Numbered from the stretch's first letter, positions 43,077 through 53,162 are shown. The stretch is 64,000 bases of DNA from an uncultured Succinivibrionaceae bacterium (GCA_944389865.1 CALXNX010000002.1:1674-65673); one strand, 5' to 3'. Notes: generated by a model from the letters alone, not told the origin. Numbers and translations are program-made.

Positions 43077-44597
43077 ATGAAGCTCAAACGCTTTTTTGCC
43101 AAGGATATGCGCACCGCGCTGAGCATGATTAAAGAAGAGCTCGGCCCGGATGCCGTGATCATGTCCAATAAGCGGGCATCTGACGGCGTGGAGATCGTCG
43201 CCGGCATTGAAGATAATCCCGCGCCTGCCAAAAATTTGGCGCAGAGCCTGCGCGCGGGCGCAAATGCGGCGCAGGCTGCCAAAATATTGTCAGCAGCCGA
43301 GCGTTTAGAGCGCGATTTGGGCGATGATGAGGTCTCTTTATCCAGTGCGGCGCGTACGTCGGCCTCCGCTCCTTCCCTGGGCAGTCAAAAATCTGACAAT
43401 AAGGAAGAGTTTGCGGCCAGTCTGGCGGCGCTGCTGCAGCGCAGTCATCAAAAGACTCAGGCGGCAATGCGCGCGGCGCAGCAGGGCGCTGAGACGGCCC
43501 AGCCGGCAGCCGCCCCTGAGCCGGAGCCTGCTCCTGCAGCATCCCCCAATCCTGCCGCGGCGCCTAAAACTCTGGCCGAAAACAGCGAATTGGCCGCGCT
43601 GTTTGCCAAGACTAAGGCTAAAGAGGAGCGCGAGGCGCAGCTTAAAGTCCACGGCATGGACAGCTATCAGACCGATCAGAGCGAGGCTGTAGCAGTCAAA
43701 GATCCGGCGTTCTCGCAGCTGCAGGATGAAGTGGCGCAGATCCGGCGCCTGCTGCAGTTTGAATTATCCGGGCTGTTGACCGACAGCCGCAGCCGCGAAG
43801 ATCCGGTTAAGGCCATGGTTTCGACCCTGCTGCAGTCAGCAGGCTTTGCGCGGGAGATCGCCGATGATTTTTCCAGCGCCGTTTCTTCAGATGCCTCCTT
43901 TAATTTTGCCTGGCGCGAGCTTGCCGACATCCTGGCGGACAGGCTGCCGGTGGGGGGCGATGAAATCATTAAGGAAGGCGGCGTGGTGGCTTTAATCGGG
44001 CCGGCCGGCGTAGGCAAGACTACGACTTTGGCCAAACTGGCAGCCCGCTTTGTCATGCGCTACGGCCCGGAGCGGGCGGCTATCGTCACGGCCGATCATT
44101 TCCGCATCGGCGCGGTGGAGCAGGTCAAGACCTACGGCCGCATCATGGGCTGCGCCGCTTTTGCCGTCAAAGATTTAACTGAACTGCCAGAGCTCCTCTA
44201 TACCCTGCGCGATAAGAGCCTGGTGCTGGTCGATACTGCGGGCGTGGGGCTTAAAGATGAACGTTTTGGCACGCAGCTTGCACAGCTTAAACTGCAGTCA
44301 GCTTTAAAGCTCAAGCATTATCTGGTGCTGCCGGCCACGGCGCAGCGCAGAGCGCTGCAGCAGGCCTATCGCCACTTTGCCCCGGCAGGCCTTACCGGCT
44401 TGATCTTAACTAAGCTTGATGAATGCGGCAGTCTGGGCGATGCCCTCTCGCTTATCATCAAGGAGGACTTAAAGCTCTGCTACGTCACGGACGGACAGCG
44501 CGTGCCGGAAGATTTAACGGTTCCCGATCCGCGCAGCATCGCGCTTCAGGCTTTAGCCTGCGTAGAAGACGATGCGGTACAAAGTGCGCTTGGCTGA
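43077..44597 (+). CDS. flhF: Flagellar SRP-type GTPase FlhF
   Basis: The N-terminal B-domain starts MKLKRFFAKDMRTALSMIKEELGPDAVI. The G-domain carries LIGPAGVGKTTTLAKLA, DTAG and TKLDE. Confidence 0.92.
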   Translation: MKLKRFFAKDMRTALSMIKEELGPDAVIMSNKRASDGVEIVAGIEDNPAPAKNLAQSLRAGANAAQAAKILSAAERLERDLGDDEVSLSSAARTSASAPSLGSQKSDNKEEFAASLAALLQRSHQKTQAAMRAAQQGAETAQPAAAPEPEPAPAASPNPAAAPKTLAENSELAALFAKTKAKEEREAQLKVHGMDSYQTDQSEAVAVKDPAFSQLQDEVAQIRRLLQFELSGLLTDSRSREDPVKAMVSTLLQSAGFAREIADDFSSAVSSDASFNFAWRELADILADRLPVGGDEIIKEGGVVALIGPAGVGKTTTLAKLAARFVMRYGPERAAIVTADHFRIGAVEQVKTYGRIMGCAAFAVKDLTELPELLYTLRDKSLVLVDTAGVGLKDERFGTQLAQLKLQSALKLKHYLVLPATAQRRALQQAYRHFAPAGLTGLILTKLDECGSLGDALSLIIKEDLKLCYVTDGQRVPEDLTVPDPRSIALQALACVEDDAVQSALG

Positions 44598-44656
44598 TAA
44601 ATATTGATAAGCGGCCCCAGTGCAGGGCAGCGGAGAGAATAAGGAAGATTATTAAG

Positions 44657-45490
44657 ATGAGCTCAGCAAACCGCAGCCGTAAAGTTAAGGTCATCACCGT
44701 CACCGGCGGCAAGGGCGGCGTCGGGAAATCCAGCGTCTCGCTCAATTTGGCGGCAGCCCTCTGCGCCTTAAAGCGCAAAGTCATGCTCTTTGATGCCGAC
44801 CTGGGGCTTGCCAACATCGATGTGATGCTGGGGCTTAAGGTTGATAAGAATTTAGGCCATGTGCTGCGCGGGGAGTGCGAGCTGAAGGATATTATTCAGG
44901 ACGGCCCCATGGGGCTGCGCATTGTGCCGGCCTCCTCAGGCCTGCGCGAAATGGCGGAGCTCTCAGTCGATCAGCACGCCGGGCTCATCCGCGCCTTTTC
45001 CAGCCTCGATGAAGACATCGATTTTCTGATCGTCGATACGGCAGCCGGCATCTCAGACATGGTGCTGTCTTTTGCCCGCGCGGCGCAGGATGTGCTGATG
45101 GTAGTGTGCAATGAGCCCACCTCGGTGGCCGACGCCTACGCGCAGATGAAGGTGCTGCAGAACGATTACGGCGTGCAGAAGTTTAAAGTGATTGCCAATC
45201 AGGTGCACTCCCTGGAAGAGGGCAAGCTGATGTTCTCCAAATTAGTGAAGGTCACCGATCGCTTCCTGGACGTCACTTTAGAGCTGGTGTCCTGCATTCC
45301 GGCCGATCCCAATATGAAAAAGGCCATCAAGCAGCGCTCCTGCGTGGTGCAGCTTTACCCGCAGTCCCCGGCGGCTATCGCTTTCAGATCCCTGGCGCAG
45401 CGCGCTTTGAGCTGGCCGGTGCCGGAGGTGGCCGGCGGGCATTTAGAGTTTTTCGTGGAGAATTTAATCTCCCGCGGCCCTGAAGATTGA
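44657..45490 (+). CDS. flhG: MinD-type ATPase FlhG/FleN (flagellar number regulator)
   Basis: The ORF was trimmed to MSSANRSRKVKVITVTGGKGGVGKSS (deviant Walker A), with the ATG at 44657. The track's longer ORF overlaps the flhF 3' end. Confidence 0.92.
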   Translation: MSSANRSRKVKVITVTGGKGGVGKSSVSLNLAAALCALKRKVMLFDADLGLANIDVMLGLKVDKNLGHVLRGECELKDIIQDGPMGLRIVPASSGLREMAELSVDQHAGLIRAFSSLDEDIDFLIVDTAAGISDMVLSFARAAQDVLMVVCNEPTSVADAYAQMKVLQNDYGVQKFKVIANQVHSLEEGKLMFSKLVKVTDRFLDVTLELVSCIPADPNMKKAIKQRSCVVQLYPQSPAAIAFRSLAQRALSWPVPEVAGGHLEFFVENLISRGPED

Positions 45491-45663
45491 CCCAGGTCAC
45501 AACCTGAGGTGCGGCAGGGCCAAAACATCGATTAAAAAGCCCTTTGAGCTCACGCTGCGTACCCGTTAATTGTGGACAAATCAAACTATTGTGCTATATT
45601 TTTAACGTATAAAAGCAAAAGTCTGCAGGTGCGGACTGAAACTTAACAATGGCTTACTGATTC

Positions 45664-46401
45664 ATGGCAGGAATGAATACCGGCGCTAAAGCTTATCTGC
45701 AGCAAAGGCGCGACGCGACCGCTTTAAAAGTGGAGCAGTATGCTCCGCTGGTCAAGCGTATTGCGCTGCATTTAAAGGCGCGGCTGCCGGCGAGCGTGGA
45801 GCTGGATGATTTAATTCAGGCCGGCATGCTCGGGCTGATGGACGCCGTGCAGAACTTTGAAGAAGGGCACGGCGCAGCTTTTGAAACCTACGCCACCATT
45901 CGGGTACGCGGCGCCATGATCGATGAAATGCGCCGCAGCTCCTGGGCCCCGCGCTCCGTGCATCAGAGCACGCGGCAGATCTCCGATGCCATGGCGGCAT
46001 TGGCGCATAAATTAGGCCGCGAGCCTAAAGACAGCGAAATTGCTGCCGAATTAAAAGTAAGCTTGGAAAAGTATTATCAGATGCTTCTCGATTCGTCCTC
46101 CTCGCAGATAGTGGGAATCGACGATTTGGGGATCAGTGATGATGTTATCGGCGAGAGCAGTGATCATCGCGAGGACAAGCTGTTTAATCTCCTGGCCTCC
46201 GCTGAATTCAAACAGGCTTTAGCCCGCGCTATTGCCAAACTGCCCGAGCGCGAACAGCAGGTGCTGTCTTTTTATTACGATGAAGAGCTCAACCTGCGTG
46301 AAATCGGCGCGGTTTTAGATTTATCGGAATCGCGCGTCTGCCAGATCATGTCGCAGGCCATGGCGCGGCTGCGCAGCATGCTCAAGGACTGGCGGAATTA
46401 A
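45664..46401 (+). CDS. fliA: Flagellar sigma factor FliA (sigma28)
   Basis: Region 2 reads DLIQAGMLGLMDAVQNFE...FETYATIRVRGAMIDEMR. The region 4 HTH reads LNLREIGAVLDLSESRVCQI. Confidence 0.93.
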   Translation: MAGMNTGAKAYLQQRRDATALKVEQYAPLVKRIALHLKARLPASVELDDLIQAGMLGLMDAVQNFEEGHGAAFETYATIRVRGAMIDEMRRSSWAPRSVHQSTRQISDAMAALAHKLGREPKDSEIAAELKVSLEKYYQMLLDSSSSQIVGIDDLGISDDVIGESSDHREDKLFNLLASAEFKQALARAIAKLPEREQQVLSFYYDEELNLREIGAVLDLSESRVCQIMSQAMARLRSMLKDWRN

Positions 46402-46474
46402 TCATGGGATCTAAAGAGTTTGCTGTTTGGACTGTTTAGATAATGGAAGCCGCGCATAAACAAGGAGCACGATC

Positions 46475-46861
46475 TTGAATAAGAATGTCAAGATTCTGAT
46501 TGTGGACGATTTCTCCACAATGCGTCGCATTATTAAGAATCTGTTAAGAGATCTGGGCTACAACAATACCCACGAAGCTGACGACGGCTCAACGGCCCTG
46601 CCGATGCTGGAGTCAGGCGATTTTCAGTTCGTGATCACCGACTGGAATATGCCGATTATGCAGGGCATTGACCTGCTCAAGGCCATTCGCGCCAATCCCA
46701 AGCTGCGTTCGCTGCCGGTGCTGATGGTAACCGCCGAGGCCAAGCGCGATCAGATCATCGAAGCGGCTAAGGCCGGCGTCAACGGCTACATCGTCAAGCC
46801 TTTTACCGCAGCCACCTTAAAAGAAAAGCTCGATAAGATCTTTGAGCGTATTGACGGCTGA
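46475..46861 (+). CDS. cheY: Chemotaxis response regulator CheY
   Basis: A TTG start follows AAGGAG with a 7-nt spacer. [19 protein letters not shown] (phospho-Asp), MVTAEA and YIVKPF are present. Confidence 0.95.
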   Translation: MNKNVKILIVDDFSTMRRIIKNLLRDLGYNNTHEADDGSTALPMLESGDFQFVITDWNMPIMQGIDLLKAIRANPKLRSLPVLMVTAEAKRDQIIEAAKAGVNGYIVKPFTAATLKEKLDKIFERIDG

Positions 46862-46881
46862 GAACAGGCGAGGGTGTCTTA

Positions 46882-47670
46882 ATGGAAAATACTGAAAATA
46901 CCGCCAAGCAGCCGCTGATTAATTTGGATGAAGCGCGTGAATTGGTGATGCTGCTTGAGGCCGGGATGCAGGATGAAGCGGACAGCAGATTTCTTGAGCT
47001 GATGCGCCGCTGCGAGCCTAATATCTACAATGAAGTCGGCAACTTAACCCGCGATCTGCACGAGGCAATCCGCTCCTTTGCCGAAGATCCGCGCCTGCGC
47101 GACATCGCCGACGTCGAAATTCCCGACGCCTCTGAAAGACTGCGCTACATCATCAAGATGACCGATAAGGCCGCCAACCGCACTTTAGACGCCGTTGACG
47201 CCTGCACCCCCCTGGTCAATAAGCTCACATCCTCCATTGATAATCTGATGCCGGTGTGGGATCGCCTGATGCACGGGCGCATCGATCGCTTTGAGTTCGT
47301 GACCTTATGCCATCAGATTGACGAGATGCTCACGCAGACCAAGGATAATGTGGATGTGCTGTCCTCGCAGTTAAATGAGATCCTGATGGCGCAGGATTAT
47401 CAGGATTTAACCGGACAGATGATTCAGAAGGTGATTGCCTTAGTGACCGAGGTGGAGGATGAACTGGTGAAGTTCTTAGTCTCCTTCGGCCGCATTGAGG
47501 GCATCAACCCGCAGCTCAAGTCCCGTACCGACGCCTTAATTGATGAGGCCGAACAGGTGAAGAAATCGTTGGAAGCCCAGGGCCCGGCCACGCAGACCAT
47601 GAAGGACAGCGGCAAGGTCATGGCTACACAGGACGATGTAGACGATCTGTTAGCCAGCTTGGGATTTTAA
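46882..47670 (+). CDS. cheZ: CheY-P phosphatase CheZ
   Basis: The catalytic region is QDYQDLTGQMIQKV. The C-terminal CheY-binding peptide is DDVDDLLASLGF. Confidence 0.88.
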   Translation: MENTENTAKQPLINLDEARELVMLLEAGMQDEADSRFLELMRRCEPNIYNEVGNLTRDLHEAIRSFAEDPRLRDIADVEIPDASERLRYIIKMTDKAANRTLDAVDACTPLVNKLTSSIDNLMPVWDRLMHGRIDRFEFVTLCHQIDEMLTQTKDNVDVLSSQLNEILMAQDYQDLTGQMIQKVIALVTEVEDELVKFLVSFGRIEGINPQLKSRTDALIDEAEQVKKSLEAQGPATQTMKDSGKVMATQDDVDDLLASLGF

Positions 47671-47686
47671 CCAGGGAGATAGGAAT

Positions 47687-49792
47687 ATGGATGAGGAAAT
47701 TCTGCAGGACTTTATAGTAGAAGCAGGTGAAATCATCGAAAAGCTCGATGAGCAGCTGGTGCAGATTGAAAAGACGCCTGATGACAAAGATTTGCTCAAT
47801 GCCATTTTCCGCAGTTTCCACACGGTAAAGGGCGGTGCCGGTTTCCTCGATCTCAAGGAATTAGTTGAGATCTGTCATGCCGCAGAAAGCGTATTCGACA
47901 TGCTGCGCAACGGCAAAATCTCCATGAGCCCGGCGCTGATGGACGCAATTTTAGCAGCCTACGATGAGATCACGCGGCTCTTTGCCCAGGTACAGAATCG
48001 CGAGCCCCTGGAGGCCGCGCCGCAGGATTTAATTGACAAGCTCCATGCCATTGCCGACGGCACCTTTGTCGATGACAGCGCCTCTGCTGCGGCAGCCGCC
48101 CCTGAGGCAGCCCCGGCTCCGGAACCTGCAGCCGCGCCGGCTCCGGCGCCTGAGCCTCCTGCCGCACCTGCACCTGCACCTGCCCCTGAGCCGGCCCCGG
48201 CCCAGCCGCCTAAGGTCGATCCGCCCATTGATGACAGCGGCTCTATCGACGATATTACTGAAGATGAATTTGAAGCGCTGCTCGATCAGCTGCACGGCAA
48301 GGGCAATGCCCCGGGCTCTGATCATGATTTAGCGCTGCAGGAGCATGACGCCGCTCCGGGAGCTGATGCTACCGACGCTGATTTTGACGATCTGCTGGCG
48401 GCAGCCAAGCGCGATCAGGACGCAAAGAAGGCGGAACTGAAAATCGCCACCCAGGAAGAGTTTGACAAAGCCTCGGCCAAAGCCCAGGCTGCAGCCGCTC
48501 CGGCCCCTGCCCCTGCCCCGGCAGCTCCTGCAGCGGCAGCTCCGGCCGCTCCTGCCCGGGAGGGCAAAGAGCATAAGCCTGCGCCGGCCTCCGGTCCTGA
48601 AAACATCGCTGAGACTACGGTGCGCGTGGATACCCAGGTGCTCGATGACATTATGAACATGGTAGGCGAGCTGGTGCTGGTGCGAAACCGCCTGCTCTCC
48701 ATCGCCTCGCACCGCTCCGATCAGGAAATGTCCAAGGTTATTGCCAATCTTGACGTAGTGACTGCAGATCTGCAGGGCGCGGTGATGAAGACGCGCATGC
48801 AGCCTATCAAGAAGGTGTTCGGCCGCTTCCCGCGCGTGGTGCGCGATCTGGCCCGCAAGCTCAATAAGAAAATTGAGCTGCGCATGGAAGGCGAGGACAC
48901 TGAGCTTGATAAGAATCTGGTGGATGCGCTGGCTGATCCCATGGTGCACATGGTGCGCAACTGCTGCGATCACGGCATTGAGATGCCGGCCGATCGCCTG
49001 GCGGCCGGCAAGAGCGAGACCGGCGTGGTGACCCTGGCTGCCGCTCAGCAGGGCGATCACATCCTGCTGCGCATCAGTGATGACGGGCAGGGCATGGATC
49101 CGGAGGCGCTGCGCAAAGCCGCCGTGCGCAAGGGGGTGATTGACGAGGAAACCGCCTCGCGGCTGAGCGATGAAGATGCTTTAAACCTTATCTTTGCGCC
49201 GGGCTTTTCGACCAATACCGTGGTCACCGATATTTCAGGGCGCGGCGTGGGCATGGATGTGGTTAAAACCAATATTTCCAAGCTCAACGGTCAGGTGCGC
49301 GTGATCTCCACCTACGGCGTCGGCACTACCATTGAAATCCGAGTGCCGCTGACGCTCGCTATTCTGCCGACCTTAATGGTAGGGGTGTCCGGCCGCACCT
49401 TTGCGCTGCCTTTGACCTCGGTGTCGGAGATCTTCTATTTAAGTCTTGACAGCATGCGCAATGTGGACGGTCTCAATACCATTGTGATCCGCGATAAGGC
49501 GGTGCCGCTGTTCTTCTTAAAGCAGTGGTTTGAAAACGGCTCGATTGATGAGTACATGCAGGGCAAGGCGCACATCGTCTTAGTGCAGGTCTCGGCGTCG
49601 CAGCTGGTCGGCTTTATCGTCGATGAGCTCATCGGACAGGAAGAAGTGGTGATTAAGCCGCTGGATAACGTACTGCGGCATACACCGGGCATGGCCGGCG
49701 CGACTGTGACCTCTGACGGCGGCATTGCGCTGATCCTGGATATTCCAAGTCTGCTGCGCGCTTACGGGCATAAGAATATCAATCGTTATTAA
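47687..49792 (+). CDS. cheA: Chemotaxis histidine kinase CheA
   Basis: The P1 Hpt motif is FRSFHTVKGGAGF. The HATPase boxes are HMVRNCCDHGIE, DDGQGMD and GRGVGMDVV. A C-terminal CheW-like P5 domain is present. Two Ala/Pro-rich linkers are present. Confidence 0.95.
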   Translation: MDEEILQDFIVEAGEIIEKLDEQLVQIEKTPDDKDLLNAIFRSFHTVKGGAGFLDLKELVEICHAAESVFDMLRNGKISMSPALMDAILAAYDEITRLFAQVQNREPLEAAPQDLIDKLHAIADGTFVDDSASAAAAAPEAAPAPEPAAAPAPAPEPPAAPAPAPAPEPAPAQPPKVDPPIDDSGSIDDITEDEFEALLDQLHGKGNAPGSDHDLALQEHDAAPGADATDADFDDLLAAAKRDQDAKKAELKIATQEEFDKASAKAQAAAAPAPAPAPAAPAAAAPAAPAREGKEHKPAPASGPENIAETTVRVDTQVLDDIMNMVGELVLVRNRLLSIASHRSDQEMSKVIANLDVVTADLQGAVMKTRMQPIKKVFGRFPRVVRDLARKLNKKIELRMEGEDTELDKNLVDALADPMVHMVRNCCDHGIEMPADRLAAGKSETGVVTLAAAQQGDHILLRISDDGQGMDPEALRKAAVRKGVIDEETASRLSDEDALNLIFAPGFSTNTVVTDISGRGVGMDVVKTNISKLNGQVRVISTYGVGTTIEIRVPLTLAILPTLMVGVSGRTFALPLTSVSEIFYLSLDSMRNVDGLNTIVIRDKAVPLFFLKQWFENGSIDEYMQGKAHIVLVQVSASQLVGFIVDELIGQEEVVIKPLDNVLRHTPGMAGATVTSDGGIALILDIPSLLRAYGHKNINRY

Positions 49793-49895
49793 ACGGTACT
49801 TAAAAAGAACAAGAATATGTGCGTCAGGACATGAGCATGATTAGAGCCTGACGCCGCCTGCAGAAAACTGCAGCAGACGCTCAAGAGGAGGAGCT

Positions 49896-51245
49896 ATGGC
49901 GGTTAAGGTTTTAATTGTTGATGATTCAAGCTTCTTTCGCAAGCGCTTGGCTGAGATCATCGGCGCAGATCCCCAGATGGAGGTCTGCGGCGAGGCCAAG
50001 GACGGCAAAGAAGGCGTCGCCATGGCGCAGCAGTTAAGGCCGGACGTCATTACCATGGACGTGGAAATGCCGGTGATGGACGGCATTACCGCGGTCAAGG
50101 AGATCATGGCCAAGTGCCCGACTCCCATCCTAATGTTCTCCTCCTTAACCTACGAGGGCGCCAATTCCACCTTCAAGGCCTTAGAGGCCGGCGCGGTGGA
50201 CTTTATGCCCAAGAATTTCGACGCCATTGCGCATCGCCGCGAGGATGCCTTAAATGAGCTGCGCGCCAATATTAAGGCTGTAGCCCGCAGCCGGGTGTCC
50301 AGAAGAGCAGCTCCCGCAGCTCCGCTGCGCCCGACGACTGCATCCGGTCACAGCGTGCTGACCTCTGCGCGCACCGCTGCGCCGCAGACGGCGCATCTGC
50401 CCCCGCGCGCTGCCGCCCCGGCCGCCGTGCGCCAGACCACCTTCACCCCGCGCTCCGGCACCGGCGCGATGCCCGGCCGCGCAGCCGCTCCCGCGCCTTC
50501 AGCGGCCCTGTCCACGGCCCGCCCGGGGAGCGCGGCTGAGGCCAGCTCCGCGCGCATGAGCTTTGAGAAGATCCAGACGCAGCTGGCGCATGTAGATCAG
50601 GGCAAGCCGGCCTCGGCCATGCAGTTTACCTTCGGCAATCACAAGGGAGAGACTACGCGCTTCCGTCCGTCAGGCAAGATCCATGACATCGTGGCTATCG
50701 GCAGCTCCACCGGCGGCCCCATCGCGCTGCAGAAGGTGATCCCGCAGCTGCCGCGCCTGAAGGTGCCGGTGGTGATCGTGCAGCACATGCCGCCTTCATT
50801 TACTACTACCTTTGCCCAGCGTCTTGACGGCATGTCGCAGCTGCATGTGGTGGAGGCGCAGGACAATATGCTGCTGGAGCCGGGCTGCTGCTATATTGCC
50901 CCGGGCGGCATGCAGATGATTTTTGAGCGCGGGGCCGGCAAGGTCAAGGTACGCATCCTGAAGGGCGACAGCCGCGTGGTCTATCATCCCTGCGTGGACG
51001 TGTCCTTTGCTTCATTGGCCCAGATTTACGGCGGGCGCGTGCTGGCGATGATTTTAACCGGCATGGGCTCGGACGGCTGCGAGGGCTGCCGCCTGCTCAA
51101 GCGTCAGGGCGCAGTGATCTGGGCGCAGAATGAAGATACCTGCGTGGTTTACGGCATGCCTCAGGCGGTGGTCAATGCGGGCCTTGCCGAGCAGATCCTG
51201 CCCATTGAGAGCTTTGCCTCCTGCATCAGCGAGGAAGTAAGGTAA
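49896..51245 (+). CDS. cheB: Chemotaxis methylesterase/deamidase CheB with an unusually long REC-to-esterase linker
   Basis: The REC domain reads VLIVDDSSFFR...ITMDVEMPVMDG. The esterase domain carries IGSSTGGP, VQHMP and GMGSDG. About 125 aa of Ala/Pro/Arg/Ser-rich sequence lies between the domains. Confidence 0.92.
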   Translation: MAVKVLIVDDSSFFRKRLAEIIGADPQMEVCGEAKDGKEGVAMAQQLRPDVITMDVEMPVMDGITAVKEIMAKCPTPILMFSSLTYEGANSTFKALEAGAVDFMPKNFDAIAHRREDALNELRANIKAVARSRVSRRAAPAAPLRPTTASGHSVLTSARTAAPQTAHLPPRAAAPAAVRQTTFTPRSGTGAMPGRAAAPAPSAALSTARPGSAAEASSARMSFEKIQTQLAHVDQGKPASAMQFTFGNHKGETTRFRPSGKIHDIVAIGSSTGGPIALQKVIPQLPRLKVPVVIVQHMPPSFTTTFAQRLDGMSQLHVVEAQDNMLLEPGCCYIAPGGMQMIFERGAGKVKVRILKGDSRVVYHPCVDVSFASLAQIYGGRVLAMILTGMGSDGCEGCRLLKRQGAVIWAQNEDTCVVYGMPQAVVNAGLAEQILPIESFASCISEEVR

Positions 51246-51273
51246 GAATACCTGCACAAAGGAGAACTGCTGC

Positions 51274-52017
51274 ATGAATGTATTTGGCGTATTTATTGCG
51301 GTCGGCTGCATCATCGCCACCATGATGATCGAAGGCACCCATCCTGCCGCCCTGATTAATTTACCGGCGTTCCTCGTGGTGGTGGGCTCGTCCTTTTCGG
51401 CCTGTCTGGTGCAGTTTTCCTTAAAGGAAGTGGGCTCTGCCTTCAAGCACATCGGCTGGATCATCGCCCCGCCGCGCATCAACATGCTCTCGCAGGCCGA
51501 GCTGCTCTCCGGCATGTCCACCACTGCCCGCCAGCAGGGCCTTTTAGCCTTGGAAAATTCCGTAGGTTCAGCCTCCGATGACTTTACCCGCACCGGCATA
51601 CAGATGATTGTGGACGGCGTGGATAAGGATGCGCTGACGGCGCTGCTCAACAACGCCATTGATGTGGAGCAGCAGAAATTAGAGCCCAACGTGCGCTACT
51701 TTGAGTCAATGGGCGGCTATGCGCCGACCATGGGCATTATCGGCGCGGTGCTGGGGCTCATTCACGCCATGTCGCTGCTTGACCGGCCGGATCTTTTAGG
51801 CGCGTCCATCGCCGTGGCCTTCGTGGCGACCATTTACGGCCTGGTGCTGGCCAATATTATCTGCCTGCCCATTGCCAACCGCATCCGCACCATCAATCAG
51901 GAGCTGGCCCTCTACAAATACATGACCTTAGAGGGGCTGGTATCGATTGCAGCCGGCGAGAACACCATGATGCTCAAGCGCCGCATTGCGGTGTTTACGG
52001 GACAGAGCGCGGATTAA
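51274..52017 (+). CDS. motA: Flagellar stator protein MotA/PomA/MotC type
   Basis: It has four TM helices. The C-terminal TM3-4 region reads YAPTMGIIGAVLGLIHAM...AFVATIYGLVLANIICLPIA. It pairs with motB. Confidence 0.88.
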   Translation: MNVFGVFIAVGCIIATMMIEGTHPAALINLPAFLVVVGSSFSACLVQFSLKEVGSAFKHIGWIIAPPRINMLSQAELLSGMSTTARQQGLLALENSVGSASDDFTRTGIQMIVDGVDKDALTALLNNAIDVEQQKLEPNVRYFESMGGYAPTMGIIGAVLGLIHAMSLLDRPDLLGASIAVAFVATIYGLVLANIICLPIANRIRTINQELALYKYMTLEGLVSIAAGENTMMLKRRIAVFTGQSAD

Positions 52018-52040
52018 CCCGGCCTTAAAGGAGCACTGCA

Positions 52041-53162
52041 GTGAAGAAAAAAGCTCCCGCCCATGAGAATTTAGAGCGCTGGATGGTGTCCTACGCGGAC
52101 TTTTTGACCTTGATGTTCGCGGTCTTCGTGGTGCTCTATTCCTTTGCCATGACCAAGCAGTCTGAAGCGCAGTCCATGGTCAAAGGCTTAGTGCAGTCCT
52201 TCAGCGAAATCGGCATGATCTCCTCTACGCCCGGCGTCATTGCACTGCCCGGGCCCTTAGCGCAGTCGAGCGCTGCGCAGGCCAGTGAAGCGGCGCAGGC
52301 CTCCTCTGAGCGTGTCAACGCCCCGGTGCAGGGCGGGGGCGGCGTGATGTCCTTCGGGCTTACCGCACCGCCTTCCGATGCCGTGATCAGCTCTGAAGAT
52401 GCCGCGGCCGCAGGCGAGCGCGAGCGCGCTGAAGAGATTGAAGCCGGTACGCCGGATCAGGACTCTAAGAATCTGCAGGCTGAAGGCGGTCTGACCCCGG
52501 GCGGGCAGGCTGAGCAGGTCGAGGCCGGCGGTCAGAACGCAGAGGCCGTCGAGAGCTCCGGACAGGCGCAGACCGGCGAGCCTTTTGATGCCATTGAGCG
52601 CTCCATCTCCTCCACCATTGAAGAGATGGGCCTGGAGAATGCGGTGATTGTGGAGAAGGACAACCGCTGGCTGACCATCAACATCGGCTCGGCTCTGCTC
52701 TTTGCAGAAGACAGCGCCGCGGTGCTCAATTCGGCAAGGCCGGTGATCGCGCAGATTGCCTCGGTACTGCGCTCCATCAACAATTACGTGCGAGTGCGCG
52801 GCTATACCGACAATACCTTTGTCACCGACAGTGTCTATCGCAATAATTGGGAGCTGTCAGCCGATCGCGCCATTGCGGTCTTAGAGGAGCTGGAGCGCTT
52901 CGGCGTAGCGCCGGATCGCCTGGCGGCTGAGGCCTACAGTCAGTATGCGCCGTTCTATTCCAACTCCACGCGCGCCGGGCGCGCGCAGAATCGGCGCGTC
53001 GTCATCGCCATCTCGCGCAATGCCGTGGCGCGCGATGAGCTGCAGGTGCTGCATGGCGACAGCGAGGCCCTGGTCAATACGCCGGCTGCCATGCGCGCCG
53101 GACAGGGACAGGTATCCTTCAGTCAGGGCGCGAACGGTACGCTCAATTTAAATTTTAATTAA
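52041..53162 (+). CDS. motB: Flagellar stator protein MotB/MotD type (OmpA-like C-domain) with a long acidic linker
   Basis: It has a GTG start. The plug/TM region WMVSYADFLTLMFAVFVVLY carries the conserved Asp. The OmpA-like region reads VRGYTDN...NWELSADRAIAVL...NRRVVI. Confidence 0.85.
   Translation: MKKKAPAHENLERWMVSYADFLTLMFAVFVVLYSFAMTKQSEAQSMVKGLVQSFSEIGMISSTPGVIALPGPLAQSSAAQASEAAQASSERVNAPVQGGGGVMSFGLTAPPSDAVISSEDAAAAGERERAEEIEAGTPDQDSKNLQAEGGLTPGGQAEQVEAGGQNAEAVESSGQAQTGEPFDAIERSISSTIEEMGLENAVIVEKDNRWLTINIGSALLFAEDSAAVLNSARPVIAQIASVLRSINNYVRVRGYTDNTFVTDSVYRNNWELSADRAIAVLEELERFGVAPDRLAAEAYSQYAPFYSNSTRAGRAQNRRVVIAISRNAVARDELQVLHGDSEALVNTPAAMRAGQGQVSFSQGANGTLNLNFN

Noticed and set aside
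44423-44656. 78-codon N-terminal extension of the flhG ORF
   Set aside because: It overlaps the 3' end of flhF in another frame. FlhG homology, including the Walker A motif, starts right after the Met at 44657.
46412-46443. Possible sigma28 promoter (TAAAG ... aGATAA) upstream of cheY
   Set aside because: The spacing between the TAAAG and the GATAA-like box is about 19 nt rather than the roughly 14-15 expected. The -10 box matches only 5 of 8 positions.
48090-48560. Short periodic GC-rich repeats that might suggest a CRISPR or VNTR array
   Set aside because: They lie in frame within cheA and encode Ala/Pro linkers. There is no repeat-spacer architecture and there are no cas genes in the window.
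48329-49060. 243-aa minus-strand ORF inside cheA
   Set aside because: It is antisense to a confidently identified CheA coding region. Its Arg/His/Gly/Leu-rich low-complexity translation is typical of a shadow ORF in GC-rich DNA.
51054-51689. 211-aa minus-strand ORF spanning the cheB/motA junction
   Set aside because: It is antisense to two well-supported genes, and its composition looks like shadow-frame sequence.
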